From positions 4,632,934-4,696,933 of the forward strand of contig NW_019091356.1 in NCBI RefSeq assembly GCF_001949145.1: 64,000 nucleotides of DNA, given 5' to 3'. Numbering within the stretch: position 1 is the stretch's first letter; each line of letters starts with the position of its first letter. The DNA comes from Acanthaster planci (taxonomy: Eukaryota). Below are positions 1 through 13,263 of this stretch, in pieces. Both the position numbers and the translations under genes were made by a program. The notes beneath the pieces are model-generated. The model was not told where the DNA came from and made no database searches. It saw only the letters and a list, made by a program, of their open reading frames with translations.

Positions 1-2305
1 TTTAACCTCGTAAAGCCTGTAATTTGAAGTAATCAGTGAAGAAAACTGGGGCACAAGTGGACAAATCCCCATCCGGAATATCCATGCACACTCTGGCTGA
101 TTGGCCAATCTGGCTCCTTAGAGATAAAACGAGACGTGACACAAAATTATGTTTCTCTAAGGGCAAATTCTTTCAAAAGTATACCGTAAGCCAATAATGT
201 GTCAAATCTTAACTGCAGACTTTGCCTCCATTGCTCATGGATTATTCCGCTTTTTAGAAACAAACTTCAGGAAACAAACAATAATTACGCTGACACAAAT
301 TGTTTACTTCATAGGAAGTATGTTTACTTGATATGTTTACTTTATATCTTTCTGATGTACTATGACTTTGAGCAGAAGGTTACACACTGGTATTTCCAAA
401 TTGTCAAACTAACATCGAGGTATACATGTAACGAAGACGTTATAAAAGCTACTAAAAACTTAACGAGTGGGAGGAGTACACGAAGCTCTGTGACAGCCAA
501 GTTCTCAGTATCGATTTGTATCCATGCAAAATGCGCATGTCTTTTTTCCCTCGTTGCCAAAGTGTTTAACCACATCTGGACAAAGTGAGCACGTTGAACC
601 GGCCAAGGCAATCCGCAGTGAGAAACAAGTACCAGTCTCCTTGACCTGCGGTAACCCCCATAACCAGAAAATATAGGCTACACGGGCAACGAACCCAAAC
701 TTAGTTTACGCTACGCGATCATTTCTGATAACTTCAAGTTCTCACACCTCTCTTCCTAAAAGATATTATGAGTCACTTTGTTTTGCCAAAGACTCTGGGA
801 GCAACAGGTGACTGCGTGTTACCATGACACTCCCAACATCCGGTACCATCTGTCACCAAACATCATTTACTGACGTAGTGTTTGGAAAGCCAATATGTTC
901 CTACCATGTAATAACAAACCCCATCCTCAAAAGTAAATGATATTTCATTTCCGATTTCCGAGGTCGATGGCTGAATCGTTTCCCATTACATCTGAAACTT
1001 TTGAATAACAACAACTTTGTATAAATTACATTCGCAAAGGCAATGGACAGAAATACGCGAAAGAGTTTCTGGCCTACGTTCCATTTGAATCTTCCAGACA
1101 AATTCTGGTTTGATCAAAATGCAAGATTTCCCAATTATTTTTTACTTTCATTGTTTCCATTTTGAGGGCAAAATATCTAATTTTCATAATTCAAACATTC
1201 GCAGTTTTCCTACCATCCACCCAATGACACAGGAATACCTCGAAATAAATCTCAATGTGACGCAAATGCTACATGACGAGTAAATTCCAAAACGGTATCG
1301 AAGGACGAAAAACTGTTACTAATGTTGGCGTTGAAATAGATAAAATCCTACTTTATTGAATATAAGGAACCGTAATTCCCTGAAAATCACAAAAATTATG
1401 TTCGCCTCTTTCATGCACAGACGAAAGTCCGCGGGTTTGCCCTGAGGTCGTGCATGCGTCCTTACATTCAGGGTAACACTAAAAGGGTTTACTTCTAAGT
1501 AGCTCAAGCTATGTCAGCAATATTCGTAGGCTAAAGATTTTCCTAAACTCGTGTAAGTCCTCCGCGCAGTATGCCACTGAGTGACATGTTAATTATTAAC
1601 TTGGACACGCTTGAACAAAAGCCAAAGGCCCAGTGTAAAAACTAGTTGATACTTCATTTTCCACAGTTTTCTTGTTCAGTGAAGAGTAGCACTTCGCCAA
1701 TGGAGTAGCAGATTTGTTCACAATGAGAATATATTACCTGTATCACTTTAAGTCAGCCGTCTCGAAATGATCCATACAAAAAGTCTGGTATCATTATTTC
1801 AACTTGATTAACCTCAGTTGTCCCATTGAGACAAAATACACTGATGTATAAAATACAGACTAATTACTTATGTTGCTTTCTGTGAGTCGCTAACACTACA
1901 TAAACTTCACCTCCAGTCTGATATAATGAAATGAAATCACGTGTAGCAAATGCAAAGGACTTTTTTTTTAAATTTAAATTACAACATTCATTGTAAGGGG
2001 CCTACAATCTGCAAACAATAATTCACGAGTACTCCTCGTTTAAAACAAAGTTAGTCTGGGGGATAAGAAGCAAACAGAAACCCAGACACAAATTGAGACG
2101 TAAAATCTACACCAGAAATCCCCTCAGGCGTTTGTTTTATAAGGCATTTTGAAACCAGCTGGTAACGAGCCGGGGTTGGAACAAGGTCAGACAGACGTGG
2201 TATGTGATACCTATGCATAGATCAAAGCGAGAATAATCAACAGTAAAAGGGCGGTTACAAATTGGCTTCTTTAGAGAATCGTTTCAGACAGTTGTGTTGT
2301 CTTAC

Positions 2306-2755
2306 CGTTTCGTAGCCGAACAGTGCCGTCCTGGGCCAAGCTTGCACCCACAGAATCACCGCTGACAGCACCAGCAACAAAATCCAGACTCGTTGGCCCA
2401 TCGTTGGGACGAGGAACAATATTGGGCTGATGACTAAAAAAGTTCAGACCCCGGTAAACCCTGACCAAAAACCCGAGCACACTCCACAGGTTTGTACACG
2501 GACACGGTGGTTTAAGACGCTACAAGTCGCCTTACGATGTGACGCGTCAGCAAATATAGCCCCCAGAAATTACATTAAAAAAAGTCTGTTTGAAGCCCCA
2601 AACGCCTCCACAGAGCGCTTGCCAGACAAGAGAATAGCTAAACCTACCAACCTGCGCGCGCTGGGCATACAAGTTCCCAGAAGATTTATGGGGGTGGATA
2701 AGGATACAACTGGCAAGGTTACAGTTGTGTTCTCCTTATCCGAAGTTTCACTCAT
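2306..2755 (-). CDS. Unidentified spliced gene, first two coding exons (probably continues leftwards)
   Basis: Exon 2755-2652 (ATG; MSETSDKENTTVTLPVVSLSTPINLLGTCMPSAR; phase-2 donor AG|gttggt) joins in phase to exon 2433-2306 (acceptor ctttttag; SHQPNIVPRPNDGPTSLDFVAGAVSGDSVGASLAQDGTVRLRN; phase-1 donor g|gtaaga). An upstream non-coding exon donor cacg|gtaagt lies at 3038/3037. A phase-1-compatible acceptor exists at 18/17 (exon from 16, GFTRL...). No family recognised. Confidence 0.55.
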
Positions 2756-3065
2756 CGACTCAGTGAGGCAAATGGCATCAAGTTGAATTGCAGCGTTTTC
2801 TTGTTTCTGTCTGTCGTTTGTATAACAACAATGCTTTATTAATTTATGGGTTGTGTAAGGTGTCAGGGAAAGATGCCAAATTTTAAAAGACAGGGGAAAG
2901 TTCGCTCTGACTGCTAAGATGGAAAATCAATCTTGCGGGGCCAGCGGGGGACCTTTGGGGCCGAAAGGGTAACCAATCCCGCGAAGCCCGCCAACTGGGC
3001 TCTGTCGAAGTCTGCATTAGCATCAAGGCTGACTTACCGTGAACTGCCAAGCAACGGGGGTGGGT

Positions 3066-3079
3066 GTTACCAAGGAAAC
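3066..3079. promoter_or_regulatory. X-box (RFX-binding motif) GTTACCAAGGAAAC
   Basis: Near-consensus 14-bp imperfect palindrome (GTTRCCnnGGnAAC), about 30 bp upstream of the first splice donor of the minus-strand gene. Confidence 0.5.
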
Positions 3080-4464
3080 TCTGTGCAGGGAAACTTGTTC
3101 GATCGTTAAAGGAGCTGGGAACAGCTCAACGACGGTGGTTATGTTGCGTTGATACATCAAAAAGTTTCTTGTATTATAACTCCACGGCGCGCGTATATTG
3201 CACCTGTTGATATTGTATGATTACTAGAACACGTGACAACTTCCTGTGGCGATCACTTGTGGCGCCACCTCGGGGGAAAAAATACCTCTGGGAATCAGTA
3301 TTGTATAATAAAATTATGCAGTAACAATTTCCTATTAAAACGTGGGATGAGTGTCATTGAGAAGCTAATGAGAAACGTGTGGGTGACCTGCATCGAGCTG
3401 ATGAAAACTGTGGAAAGTTCAGCGATCATCTTTCGTGGTATATGGTGCTATACTTAAAAAACATATCATTGCTCGGTTTGATCAGCATAGTATATAAAGC
3501 GGACTTTTGCTCCAGAGCTTGAGAATGATAATAATTAAAGTGAACATGACGGCTACCTACTGCAGTAGCTTACCTGCATCAATGTGTGAAAGCTGCTTCG
3601 TATTTTCCCCATATTGAAACCCAAAGAAACGACAGGTGTTACTTTTATTCGTATGTTTCCATATCACCAGCAAAACAATTAACCTTTGATGAGCCAAATA
3701 AATAAGAATATGCGACAGAAAAAACCCCCATCAACTCCGAGCATTCCTTGACTATGTATTAATGGCCAATCTGACTGCTACGCATGAAGCGTGACCCGTC
3801 ACTAGGGAATGTGCGGTGACCCGAGTTAAGATTACACAACACTTTGATGGCATATAAACTCCATTTTCAGGTCACAAGTGGCTAGTGAGACCAATTTCAT
3901 TAAGAACTGATTAATGTAGCAGCATCAGAATCGTTTTTTTTTGGGGGGGGGTAACATTTTATTTTTAATTCATGATTATACAAGTAGTACTTCGATGATC
4001 AACTTGAAAATATAAAATTTGAATCGTGTGAAGAGTGACATCTGAAATGACGTGATTTTCCTCCTTTCGTCGCAGGATTGACTATATGCTTGCAGTAACT
4101 AACGAATCAACTTTTAAAGTGACGTAGATGACAAACATTCAGTCTGAATCCTTCTCATTCAACTTAGTGATTTTTTCTCAATGACTTCAGGCATAATTTT
4201 CGGCTTAATCCACCGTCTGAACCTTGGGCAGGACTGATTTATGAACAGCGAGTGGTATAGGTCAGAACAATGAGCTTTGTGACTTGACAGGTGCAAATGC
4301 GGGGCATAGGTCTCGTTTTCAAGTTCGCTTCCTTCAAACAAGTCTACTCTTCTTTTTTTAAAAACCCTTAATTTGAATTATAACACCAAATAAATCAATT
4401 TCCCATTAGATGTCTACTTAGTTTCCGTAACGTACAAATGATGAGCGAAATGTGTCAACAAATA

Positions 4465-4631
4465 CGGGCAATTCACAATAGTGTGCCTCCAAGAGTTTGC
4501 GACGCGTTGACTAATCACAAAGTGAGAAATTTGTCGAACCTTTCCAAACGCGCATTGGGTCGACAGATTCGAGCGACGTGATTGGCCAACGCGTTGCAAA
4601 CTCCTGGAGGCGCACTATTGTGAATTGCCCG
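4465..4631. mobile_element. MITE, Tc1/mariner-like (TA target site), ~55-bp terminal inverted repeats
   Basis: cgggcaattcacaatagtgtgcctccaagagtttgcgacgcgttgactaatcac ... gtgattggccaacgcgttgcaaactcctggaggcgcactattgtgaattgcccg, flanked by TA on both sides. Confidence 0.75.
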
Positions 4632-5924
4632 TATTGACTAACGCTATTTAGTGACAGACACCTTGGGTAGGTACCGAGTTTGCTGCGCGCTTGACTCATA
4701 AAAACCCACCTCATCGATAAAGCTCTTTGAATTCCCAAGATAATGATTCCAACGACTACCATTAACATTCAAAACAATTCAAGTTAAAGTTTTGTGTTAA
4801 TAATTTGTTTTTGTACCGTCGGGTTCATAAGTCAATTGGAAAGTACCGTATGGACAAGGGTAAACCACTAGGCTGTCTTACCATTTAAAATGGCGAGAAC
4901 GTCTGAATATATTTACATTTAGGTACTGCGTGGAATCCCGTGCTTTCAGTTAAAACCTAATTTCAAGATAATTTTCTTGAAAGGACGGAACTATAAAACA
5001 ACCACTGCAAAACTGTCCAAGCATGCGCACACCAAGTGTTTATTGCCAAAACGTAATCTACTGTACAGCAAGCTAAACTGTTTTATATTGTAGCGTTTGC
5101 TAGTGCCTAAATTATATCGACTTCTACTTCCCACGACTCGAACTGCTATCGCAAAGTGCTAGCCTGTAGCGCCCTCTGCGACAATCCATCACTAAATAAA
5201 GGTTGAAAACCACTTCTTTAATAAAGCTCTTTTGGCCTGGATTCCAAGCACTATACATTTTTCATCGGAGATATTCAGGGCCACGTTGCAAATGGCAGAT
5301 GAGTGGTACCTCCAGTTTCCAAGTTGATGTGTACACTGAGCCTGCTGATCGTAACCTATTAAACCAATTTAAAACCCCGTGATGCTGCGCGAGTGACCTC
5401 AGTGGCGTGCAAGGTCATCTGATAAAACAACACGTTGTATAAGGAGACTTGACTCGTTCAAACTTCGGTCGTTTAACCTCAGAGTAACAACTTACCTTCA
5501 CTACGTGCATTTGATTCCAAGATTTCACTATTCAGATGGGATCGATTATTGAGTAATGTTATAAAGTTACTGATTATTTCTTTCACATGTACAAACACTC
5601 TGGTCTGCCAATGCCCAAGGCATACATCAAAGAAAAGTAGCCAGCAAATGTAGACACACATTGGTCCAAAATGTGACGATAAAATTTGTTCACAACTGAA
5701 ATAAAGATTACAACAGAAAAGAACGCTAAGTGTACCGTAAGATTATATACCATAAGAATTAAGGATACTTTCAGATGTTAATAACTTCCGTTTTGGAAGA
5801 ACTGTCTACAGAAATGGTTATACAGAGATGGTGTCACTGTCCAGTTCATAAACTCTCATCACTTTTGTGCCCGTTCTGTTGTAACTGCGTCGAGACAGCG
5901 AATTTAGGCTGTTTAAGGTCACAA

Positions 5925-8900
5925 CTAGATCGACGAGGACGTGGAGAATCCACTGTCATAGTCAGAGCTGTAACTGAAACTGGGGTCGACGACAGAAGCC
6001 GTGTCTTCTTCCTCAGTCGTCATGACTGCTTCGGTGGTCGTTGTCACTGTCGTTGTCGGCTCTTCTGTCGTGGGCGCCTCTGTGGTTGATTTCTTATCTT
6101 TCTTGCCTTTCTTGGGAGGCCGTCCGTGGTGGGTGCTTGAATCTTGGTTTTGGTCGTGGTCGGTGGCAACATCGGTGTTGTCCGGCTCATCAGGTTGAAG
6201 TTCCTGAGGATCACGAGGTTCTTCAGGTTGAGGCTCGGGCTCGGGCTCAGCCTCATTCGTTCCCTGTTTCTCGCCGTTCGTGGCGTCTTGACCGCCGTGG
6301 GCGTTGGGATCTTCAATTTCCTGATCCTGCTGCTGTAGGTCCGGTAACTCGTCAACAACGCTGAAGATTTCCGTGTCAGATTCTGGTGGTAATGTTGGTT
6401 CCTCGTATGAAATCGACTCATCTACCACCCTGGTCAAGATAGGTTGAGAGTTTTATAAAATACTCCAGGATTAGGAATCTTGCCCTGAGGCACTAGTCTG
6501 TTTTGAGATTTTATGAAAAGTCCATTACATACATACCACACGCATCTAAAACTGATGTTTAGGGGCGATCCCTTGTTTGAATAGATCCCTTGATTGTCTC
6601 CAAAAGGGACACACTGTTGTCTCGTTCTCTCTAAGCTTTTTTATGTTTTGTTTTTTGATCTTGTTTACAATGCAGTTTTTGCTATTTGTGCGTTATTTAT
6701 TGGCCCATCTATTCTTTTGTGGTTTCTTAGTACTTCATTTCTTAATGCTAACACGCGAACTGACACTGGAAATGTAAAATAAAGAACTCACCATGGCGAC
6801 GATTCCTCGCTATACACCACGAACCGGAATCCTTTCATTTGAGTGAAATCATCAGCCTTGAAGTCCAGCCAAGCCACAGGCCCGGCAGACTGGAAGGTCA
6901 GATCTTTTGGACCTCCTCCCCCGGGCAAACTGCTCCCACTGTGCGTAATCTCGACATTGGATCCGTTTACGTTGGGCTCGAAGCCGTTTCCGATGCGCAC
7001 GATGTCATAGCCATACTCCGTGTCGAACTCCTTGAAGCCGATGTGGATGCGCCGATCAGAGGCAGACCGAAATTGCCACAGACAGTCGGACAGCGCAGGA
7101 TAGTTGTTAGGATAATCTTGAGAACCAAAGCTCATCATACCGTGACTTGGTACCGTGAAGATTCCACCACAATCTATCATCCATAGGAAGAGTGTAATGT
7201 AAGAGTAAATTAAGACCTCTTATCAAACACAAGCGAACCAACGCGATTCATGCCACCTACGCAAGATTTGTTGTTCACGGTGTACTGGCATTGAAACTAG
7301 GGTAGACTGACAAGTTGGAAATCCCTGTTATCTGAGACTTTTCATGATCAGACAAGCAAGCTGATCTACAGAGATGGCAAACTTCTAGCTCTAAAAAATT
7401 GGGATTTGAAGAAGTAACAGTTCTGTTCCACATACATGTTTTCTGCAATGACAGACAGAAAATGGAAATGAAAACAGTGGTTACCGTTAATAGGTTGCTC
7501 TGTGAGGACTGCTTTGAAGCCTCTACGAGCTACTGCAAAGCTGGAGACGAACTTGAACCAGACGTCACTGCCCCTTGATATGATATCTGCGGGCTTGGTG
7601 CGACTGCTGTACTTGTAGAGAATCGGTGCTCGTCTGCTGCTAATGCCATTTCCAACACTAAGATGGTCTTCCTCTTCCTCGACGTCAAACTGGAGAGGAG
7701 AAGAGTAAAGGAAGATTTAGGGATCAGGATAAAGACGTCTGTGGTAGATTAGGAACGAGTGACAAACAACGGTGATGGTGATCAAGGTTAAGCTGGTGAT
7801 GGGAATGATCGGGGCAATAGTATTGATGGAGATGGTGAAAATCTTCAAGGTGTTGATGGTGGAAATGATGATGGAGATGATAATTATTGTGGTTACAGAT
7901 GACTATCTGATGATACTGATGATACTCAGGATGAAGACGTCTATGGTTGATGTCCACAAATTAAACATGCTATTAACAACTGAACAATAATTCTTTATCA
8001 AATTGCTACAACTGAAAAACAAACTAACAGCTTCAAAGTGGATTCGAATACGCAGCCCCTCCTCAATCGATACCACCCATTCACATTCCACGTTGTTGGG
8101 GTAAAAATCGGGGTGACGTGGCGAGTGGACAATGGTTTCCTTGTCTGGTTTCATGAGAATTTTACCGCCACAATCTGAAAAACAGGAGAGAGAGACAACG
8201 ACCGAATGAAGCATTTTGGTCACAAGCTATGGATAGCTACATCCAAGTCTTTGTGGAACGGACAAAGGAAAAAAAATGAACACGAACCAACCTCCAAAAT
8301 TGGGATGCATTCCGAATAAGGCAGATGATCCGACTAATACTACAGCATGAGACCAGCATATCTACGCTAAAAAGTAACTTAAGCTGTTAGTTTACCTCTA
8401 TTGGGTTCTTGATTAAACGGATTCCTTCCAACCACTCCGAATTCTGTGAAGGAATAAAGCAAATATTGACGTAGGCTATACAAGAACTCAACAGATTAAA
8501 ACAGATCAATATCAACATACTGATTATCAACATTGATTATTTTTCTCAGCAATATTATGTTCTGGAACAACAAAATTCATCAAATGAATTATAAAAATGT
8601 TGGAGCACTGCATTATTGCTTATTCCAGAGCTGCCACCAAAATACTGAGCCCCATGCCATACACTATCTTACGCTGTCTGGCTCCGTCCACGAACTCGAT
8701 GGAGAAACCTTTAAAGTTCTCCCAGTCATCGGACTTGAAGGTTACCCATACTATGTTGCTGGCAACGTCAAAGGCGCTCGGGGAGGGTTTCTTGAAGCCG
8801 CTGTGCTTGAAGATGATAACAGACCTGGAATTCTCGCGGTTGTAGCCTGTTCCAAGGGACAACAGGTCATAGTTGGGTTCAGTCTCGAACCGTTTGAAGT

Positions 8901-11651
8901 TCACGGTCAGGTTGTGACCCTCAGGGACGGAGACCGTCCAGAAGCAGAAATAGTCGCCGGGGTAATTCTCAGGAAACCTTGGGGAGTGAATTCTAACCTT
9001 TCGTCTGGTTGGTTCCAGGAAGATGTCCTCGCCGCATCCTTTAAACGAATAATAACAATTATACTTAAACAAAATACGTTATTGTGAAATGCACAGCTTC
9101 TGAAAAGGAGCATCCTTTCCAAAGTCATTTTCATCTTTACACCAGAAAAAGGACTTTTTCCTCAAAATACAACTTACTGACAGGTGCTTGGTATTTCCAA
9201 TGACACCATTTGGGATTCTCATCTCCATCACAAAGTCTAGAATCCATCCGGCCAAAGGATGCTTCAGATCGTTCCAAGCATTCTTTGCGATGCTCTAAGG
9301 CACATATCTGCTCCCCATCGCAGATCTGATCCCAAGCTGCGCAGAAAGGTTCTTCCGGACACTGGACCCCGCGGAAGGGGTCTCCACGGCAAACTGGTGA
9401 TAACCATAACCAAAGAATTTCTGAAACACAGCTGAAGCCTTCAGGATGCACGTGGGATGTAGGAGTGTCAAGAACATGGAAATTTAAAATTTAGTAATCG
9501 ACCCCGACTTCTTGACGTTTCTGAGCAGAAACATCAAACTTAGTTTAAGAGATGAGACTCGACCCAAAAAATTAATCTAGGGCCATTTTTTTCCAGTGGG
9601 TTTGTTTTATATCACCCTAGAAAGAGCAACCTGGGCTTAATTTTACATCGATATGGCATCTGGCTGAAAATTGGCATTACGTGGGTGAGAAATGATGATT
9701 GTTCCCTTTGATTCCAACAAAGCAAAATTCATTCAAAGGCCTGGAAACCCAAAGTGGCTCTGGCTACTTGTGACTCAACTTGACAGGTTGGGTCACTTAT
9801 TTTTGCTAGAAGTACGACTCATGACTTACAATACAAGTCATTGTTGTTCAGGTCTGCCTTCAAGACATCAATGGCATGGCGTGTGTATCTCCATGATCTG
9901 GCTTCTCCAAGGTATCTCTTAGTACGGTGTCCTTGGAACAAGTCAAAAACCTGAAAGAATTTATACAAGAGGGTAAAAGTCTTCTCAGTATCAAAACGTA
10001 TATGTATTAAATCTCTCTTAATGGTTCTTTCTTTGCTCTCGAAATTGAGAGGTCCACATTTTGCTCCTTTACAAAGCTAATTTAACAAATTAAAACAGCT
10101 TTTGGAATGTTCAAATTCAACTCGAATTGGGGCAATGTGAGACCTATCAAATTGTGGGAAATCAACAAACATTTTGGTAACTAACATAATAACTCGACAA
10201 GGGAGCGCGGTATGAATTGTAATAGCTGTTAATTTCACGGTTGGTGCACACCCAATAAATAAACCGCTCTATAGGGACGTAACTTTGAACATCTACGTGT
10301 TGGAGTTTGGTTGAACATTACGGTTGGTCTACAAACCAACCAGCAATCACAGACTACTGAAACTGGTCCAGACTGTTTCAAGGGCATGTATACATCTGAT
10401 CAAGCTGGGCAATTGCTCCACCATTTTTTTTCCATTAAAAGGTTAAATTCTGAGTGCCAAGTTGCAAGACAAACAGGGATCGTTTGTCAGCTGCGCCACT
10501 AATGACGTTCTACGTGACAGGTTGAACTGTTACGATGCAACCACAGCAACAAAACGCATAAAGTTTGCGGTAATCTCGAGATTGTCTCAGCGGGTTGAAA
10601 AACCCTGACCCACAGCTCACCTTACCCGCATGAAAAGAAGACATGCTTTACAAACTGCTCTGTTTGCGGTTATTCAGTGGGGTCTGTTATACCAATAATT
10701 TGCTGTCCCTTTTGCTTCTTCTAAAATGACTAAAGATGCATCAAAACTGTTTGAACTGGTGTTGCAAAGTAGGTTAAAGTGACGAATGATAATGTAATTG
10801 TTAATGAAAATTCCGTGTTTTCGAAGGGCAGCGTTTGGGTAAGATAAGGCTTCCCTCACAAGTCAGGTTTTTATCAAGTGATTTTGCAGGGATCTTATGA
10901 GCCTTGACTCAGTGTGGTTATTTTGTGTGCAAAACATTAATAGTTCCACACGATAATTTGCTTGTGAATACGACTCATAATTATACGGTCGTTTTCATAC
11001 ATAGTGAACACTTCCGGTTTTTAGAAGGCCTGACGATTCAATCCTAAGAGTTCTTTCAAAAGGAAAAAACTGGTGATTTTATCTCCAATTTCAAAATTTG
11101 GAAGTGTAAAAAAAAGACAAACTTCTGAGCGAGAATGGACTGAGGACACAATGTCCAGATCAAGAACGTTTGCTGCTTTTGGTTTATCATCAGTTTTCTT
11201 AAAAGTTTCCGGTATTTAAAAACAATTAACAAAACTTTTTCGGGTCTCCTGCAGTTCCAACACTTGAAGAAGAAATGTGGAAGGCCATTCGCATTTCTTT
11301 CAATAACAGTGTGCCATTTATATCACGTGAAGGTACTCGGGGTCTTGCCTGTAAAAATAAACAACGCAGAAAACGCTGGAATCTCTGTGGGGTACAGTTT
11401 TAACGACACGGTGTACATTAACAACCTGCGACTCCAAGTCACACAAAGTTTGAAATCGGCTGGTAAAAGGGGGGGGGGTGCGCTGTCCTGGAAACAGACA
11501 ACACATATATCAAGAACAACTTAGAAAGGTATAAGATATCAAGTCTTACCTTGTCCGGATGATCTTTTGCGTTGATGAGAGGAAGAAGTAAACAGACAAC
11601 GGTGATATGAAGAAGAAGAAGCACTCCGGTGCTGGCGACAGCGTGAGCCAT
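5925..11651 (-). CDS. Secreted multi-CUB protein (signal peptide, RTKR site, LDLa-like Cys module, 3 CUB domains, acidic/Thr-rich tail), 680 aa
   Basis: 8 phase-consistent exons: 11651-11550 (MAHAVASTGVLLLLHITVVCLLLPLINAKD...), 9950-9830 (VFDLFQGHRTKRYLG...), 9393-9178 (CRGDPFRGVQC...ICDGEQIC), 9038-8673 (CUB1: HSPRFPENYPGDYFCFW...FETEPNYDLL...KGF), 8174-8029 plus 7689-7485 (CUB2), 7173-6792 (CUB3: CGG...DYPNNYPALSDCLW...FDTEYGYDIV...KGF), 6429-5925 (E/D/P/T-rich; stop). Total 2043 nt. Confidence 0.85.
7770..7935. repeat. Degenerate (GAT/GGT)n microsatellite in a CUB-gene intron
   Basis: ggtgatggtgat...gatgatggagatgata...tgatgatactgatgatac. It generates the spurious His-rich and Met-rich ORFs in the track. 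Confidence 0.7.
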
Positions 11652-13159
11652 GTTGGACAATCTGGTGTTAGCGATGCGGCTGGGTTTCATTACTGAGGAG
11701 CCCCACAGGACCTGCTCCGACGACTCCTGCCAAGAATTAATATTTCCCTCCTTCGCCTTGTTGGAGGGTGATGTCTGGTGATGAAATCAGTCCGCGTCTT
11801 ATTTACGTGCCTTGCGCCTGGAAAACGCGTCTGCGGTCCTTGCGGCCGGTCGCTGACTCCCACAAGAATAAATCGATCTGAGCAGGGCCGGGGAGGGATC
11901 TAAAACACACGTTTCGCTGATAACGGGTTTGGACCAAACCGCGAAGACTTTCGCAAAGATCGTTATGATTCAACTTTTGTTTCTTGAATCATTATCCCTG
12001 AATTTAACGTTGCTAAGGTTTGAGACAACGGACTTTTTGCCACGTGTAGGCTATGATCAACCCCTCAAAAATGTGACGAGAAAATGACTTCTGTGATATA
12101 TGATTACGAATTGCAGTAACTTTGGAACTTTGGTTGTTTCTATCAAAAGAACCCGCTGAATCCGAATATGAAACGTGTGTATGAAAGGGCGCAACTAGAC
12201 TGGTTACTCTATCCACATTGCGAAGTGTCCCAGTAATTATGCCAACTGCATATACACGTTCTTTCTCATTTCATGATCCGCATTTTCTTTAACCTGGAGC
12301 ATTACCTTATGAGTTGTAACTTAGGTTAATTTTGATGTACACAACGTTATTATTAACAAGACCAGCCAGGTGCACATTGAGGGTTTTTTTGCGAGGGTGG
12401 GGGATCGGACCCCGCAAACACTCACACAATCATTGATTCCGAAATGTATCCTAATTGCGGACGGAAATGGCTTTGGTCACGTACACACGCCCATCTCAAT
12501 TTTTGACGAATTTGGGTTTTAAGCATATTCTTGCTATGCCTGATGAAATCTTTATTTTCTGAAAAGTTCAAACTTATACGTGCTCAGAAAAGCTAATTAA
12601 ATTAATTTGGGTAATAAAAAATGATGACCTACCTGTCCCAAATTTAAAATCGTTATTTCATGGACCGGCGCAGTGTGGCTATGTGATTAGCAATCAGTAC
12701 GGTGATTTATGTCTCAATTATTTACATTACTATGTCAAACTCTCACTCAAGTACAGGGCTTCTTTCCCGAACTTACGCCCAACTATGTTCTCAGGACTAC
12801 TGGTCTGCTCAGTTCGACCTCCACTGTAGGCGGGCGATTTAGTCACGCCTGCCGCGCGTTTGTATGGGGACTGCTAGGCTAGAGTGGTTCCCTTAAAACG
12901 TACAAATAGACATACTTAGCAGCCGGGAACCAACTAAGGTGAAGAATAAGGGGGCTACCTACAATTTAATCCTTGGGAAGTGTCATTATTTTAGCAACAA
13001 AATCTGAATCCGAATCTTCTAGTAGTTGTATAAAACACCATATTTATGCATTTCATCCATACTAAGCTCAGTTTAGATGTTTTTGTTATATGTTCGTATG
13101 TCTTGAGGTGTTATGTTCACAACGCGGGAGTGCGAGGATTGCCCTTCGAAAAAGAATCG

Positions 13160-13263
13160 ACATGTAGATAGTTCCTGAATCTAGATCTACATGTAGATAG
13201 TTCCTGAATCTAGATCTACATGTAGATAGTTCCTGAATCTAGATCTACATGTAGATAGTTCCT
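13160..13263. repeat. Perfect 29-bp tandem repeat, ~3.5 copies
   Basis: Unit acatgtagatagttcctgaatctagatct; catgtag recurs at 13161, 13190, 13219 and 13248. Confidence 0.95.

Noticed and set aside
2570..2806. LINE endonuclease relic (LDAICLTES resembles D.I.LTETW)
   Set aside because: No other endonuclease or reverse transcriptase motifs; better explained as spliced exons with in-phase GT-AG sites.
2885..3048. Structured ncRNA (RNase P, Y RNA or HDV-like ribozyme) in a GC-rich stretch ending in TTTT on the minus strand
   Set aside because: Conserved cores of those families are not matched, and the stretch begins at a canonical splice donor. An Rfam/Infernal scan would settle it.
6788..6792. 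CUB gene ending at PW-TGA, or selenocysteine there
   Set aside because: The TGA lies within a donor (TG|gtgagt) that splices in phase to the 6429 exon.
7724..7990. His-rich and Met-rich ORFs
   Set aside because: Translations of an intronic GAT-type microsatellite.
8533..9087. 184-aa plus-strand ORF, and similar ORFs at 6839-7186, 5775-6364 and 47703-48047
   Set aside because: Antisense shadows of real minus-strand exons.
13160..13263. CRISPR array (29-bp palindromic repeats)
   Set aside because: Repeats are contiguous with no spacers, there are no cas genes, and the context is eukaryotic.
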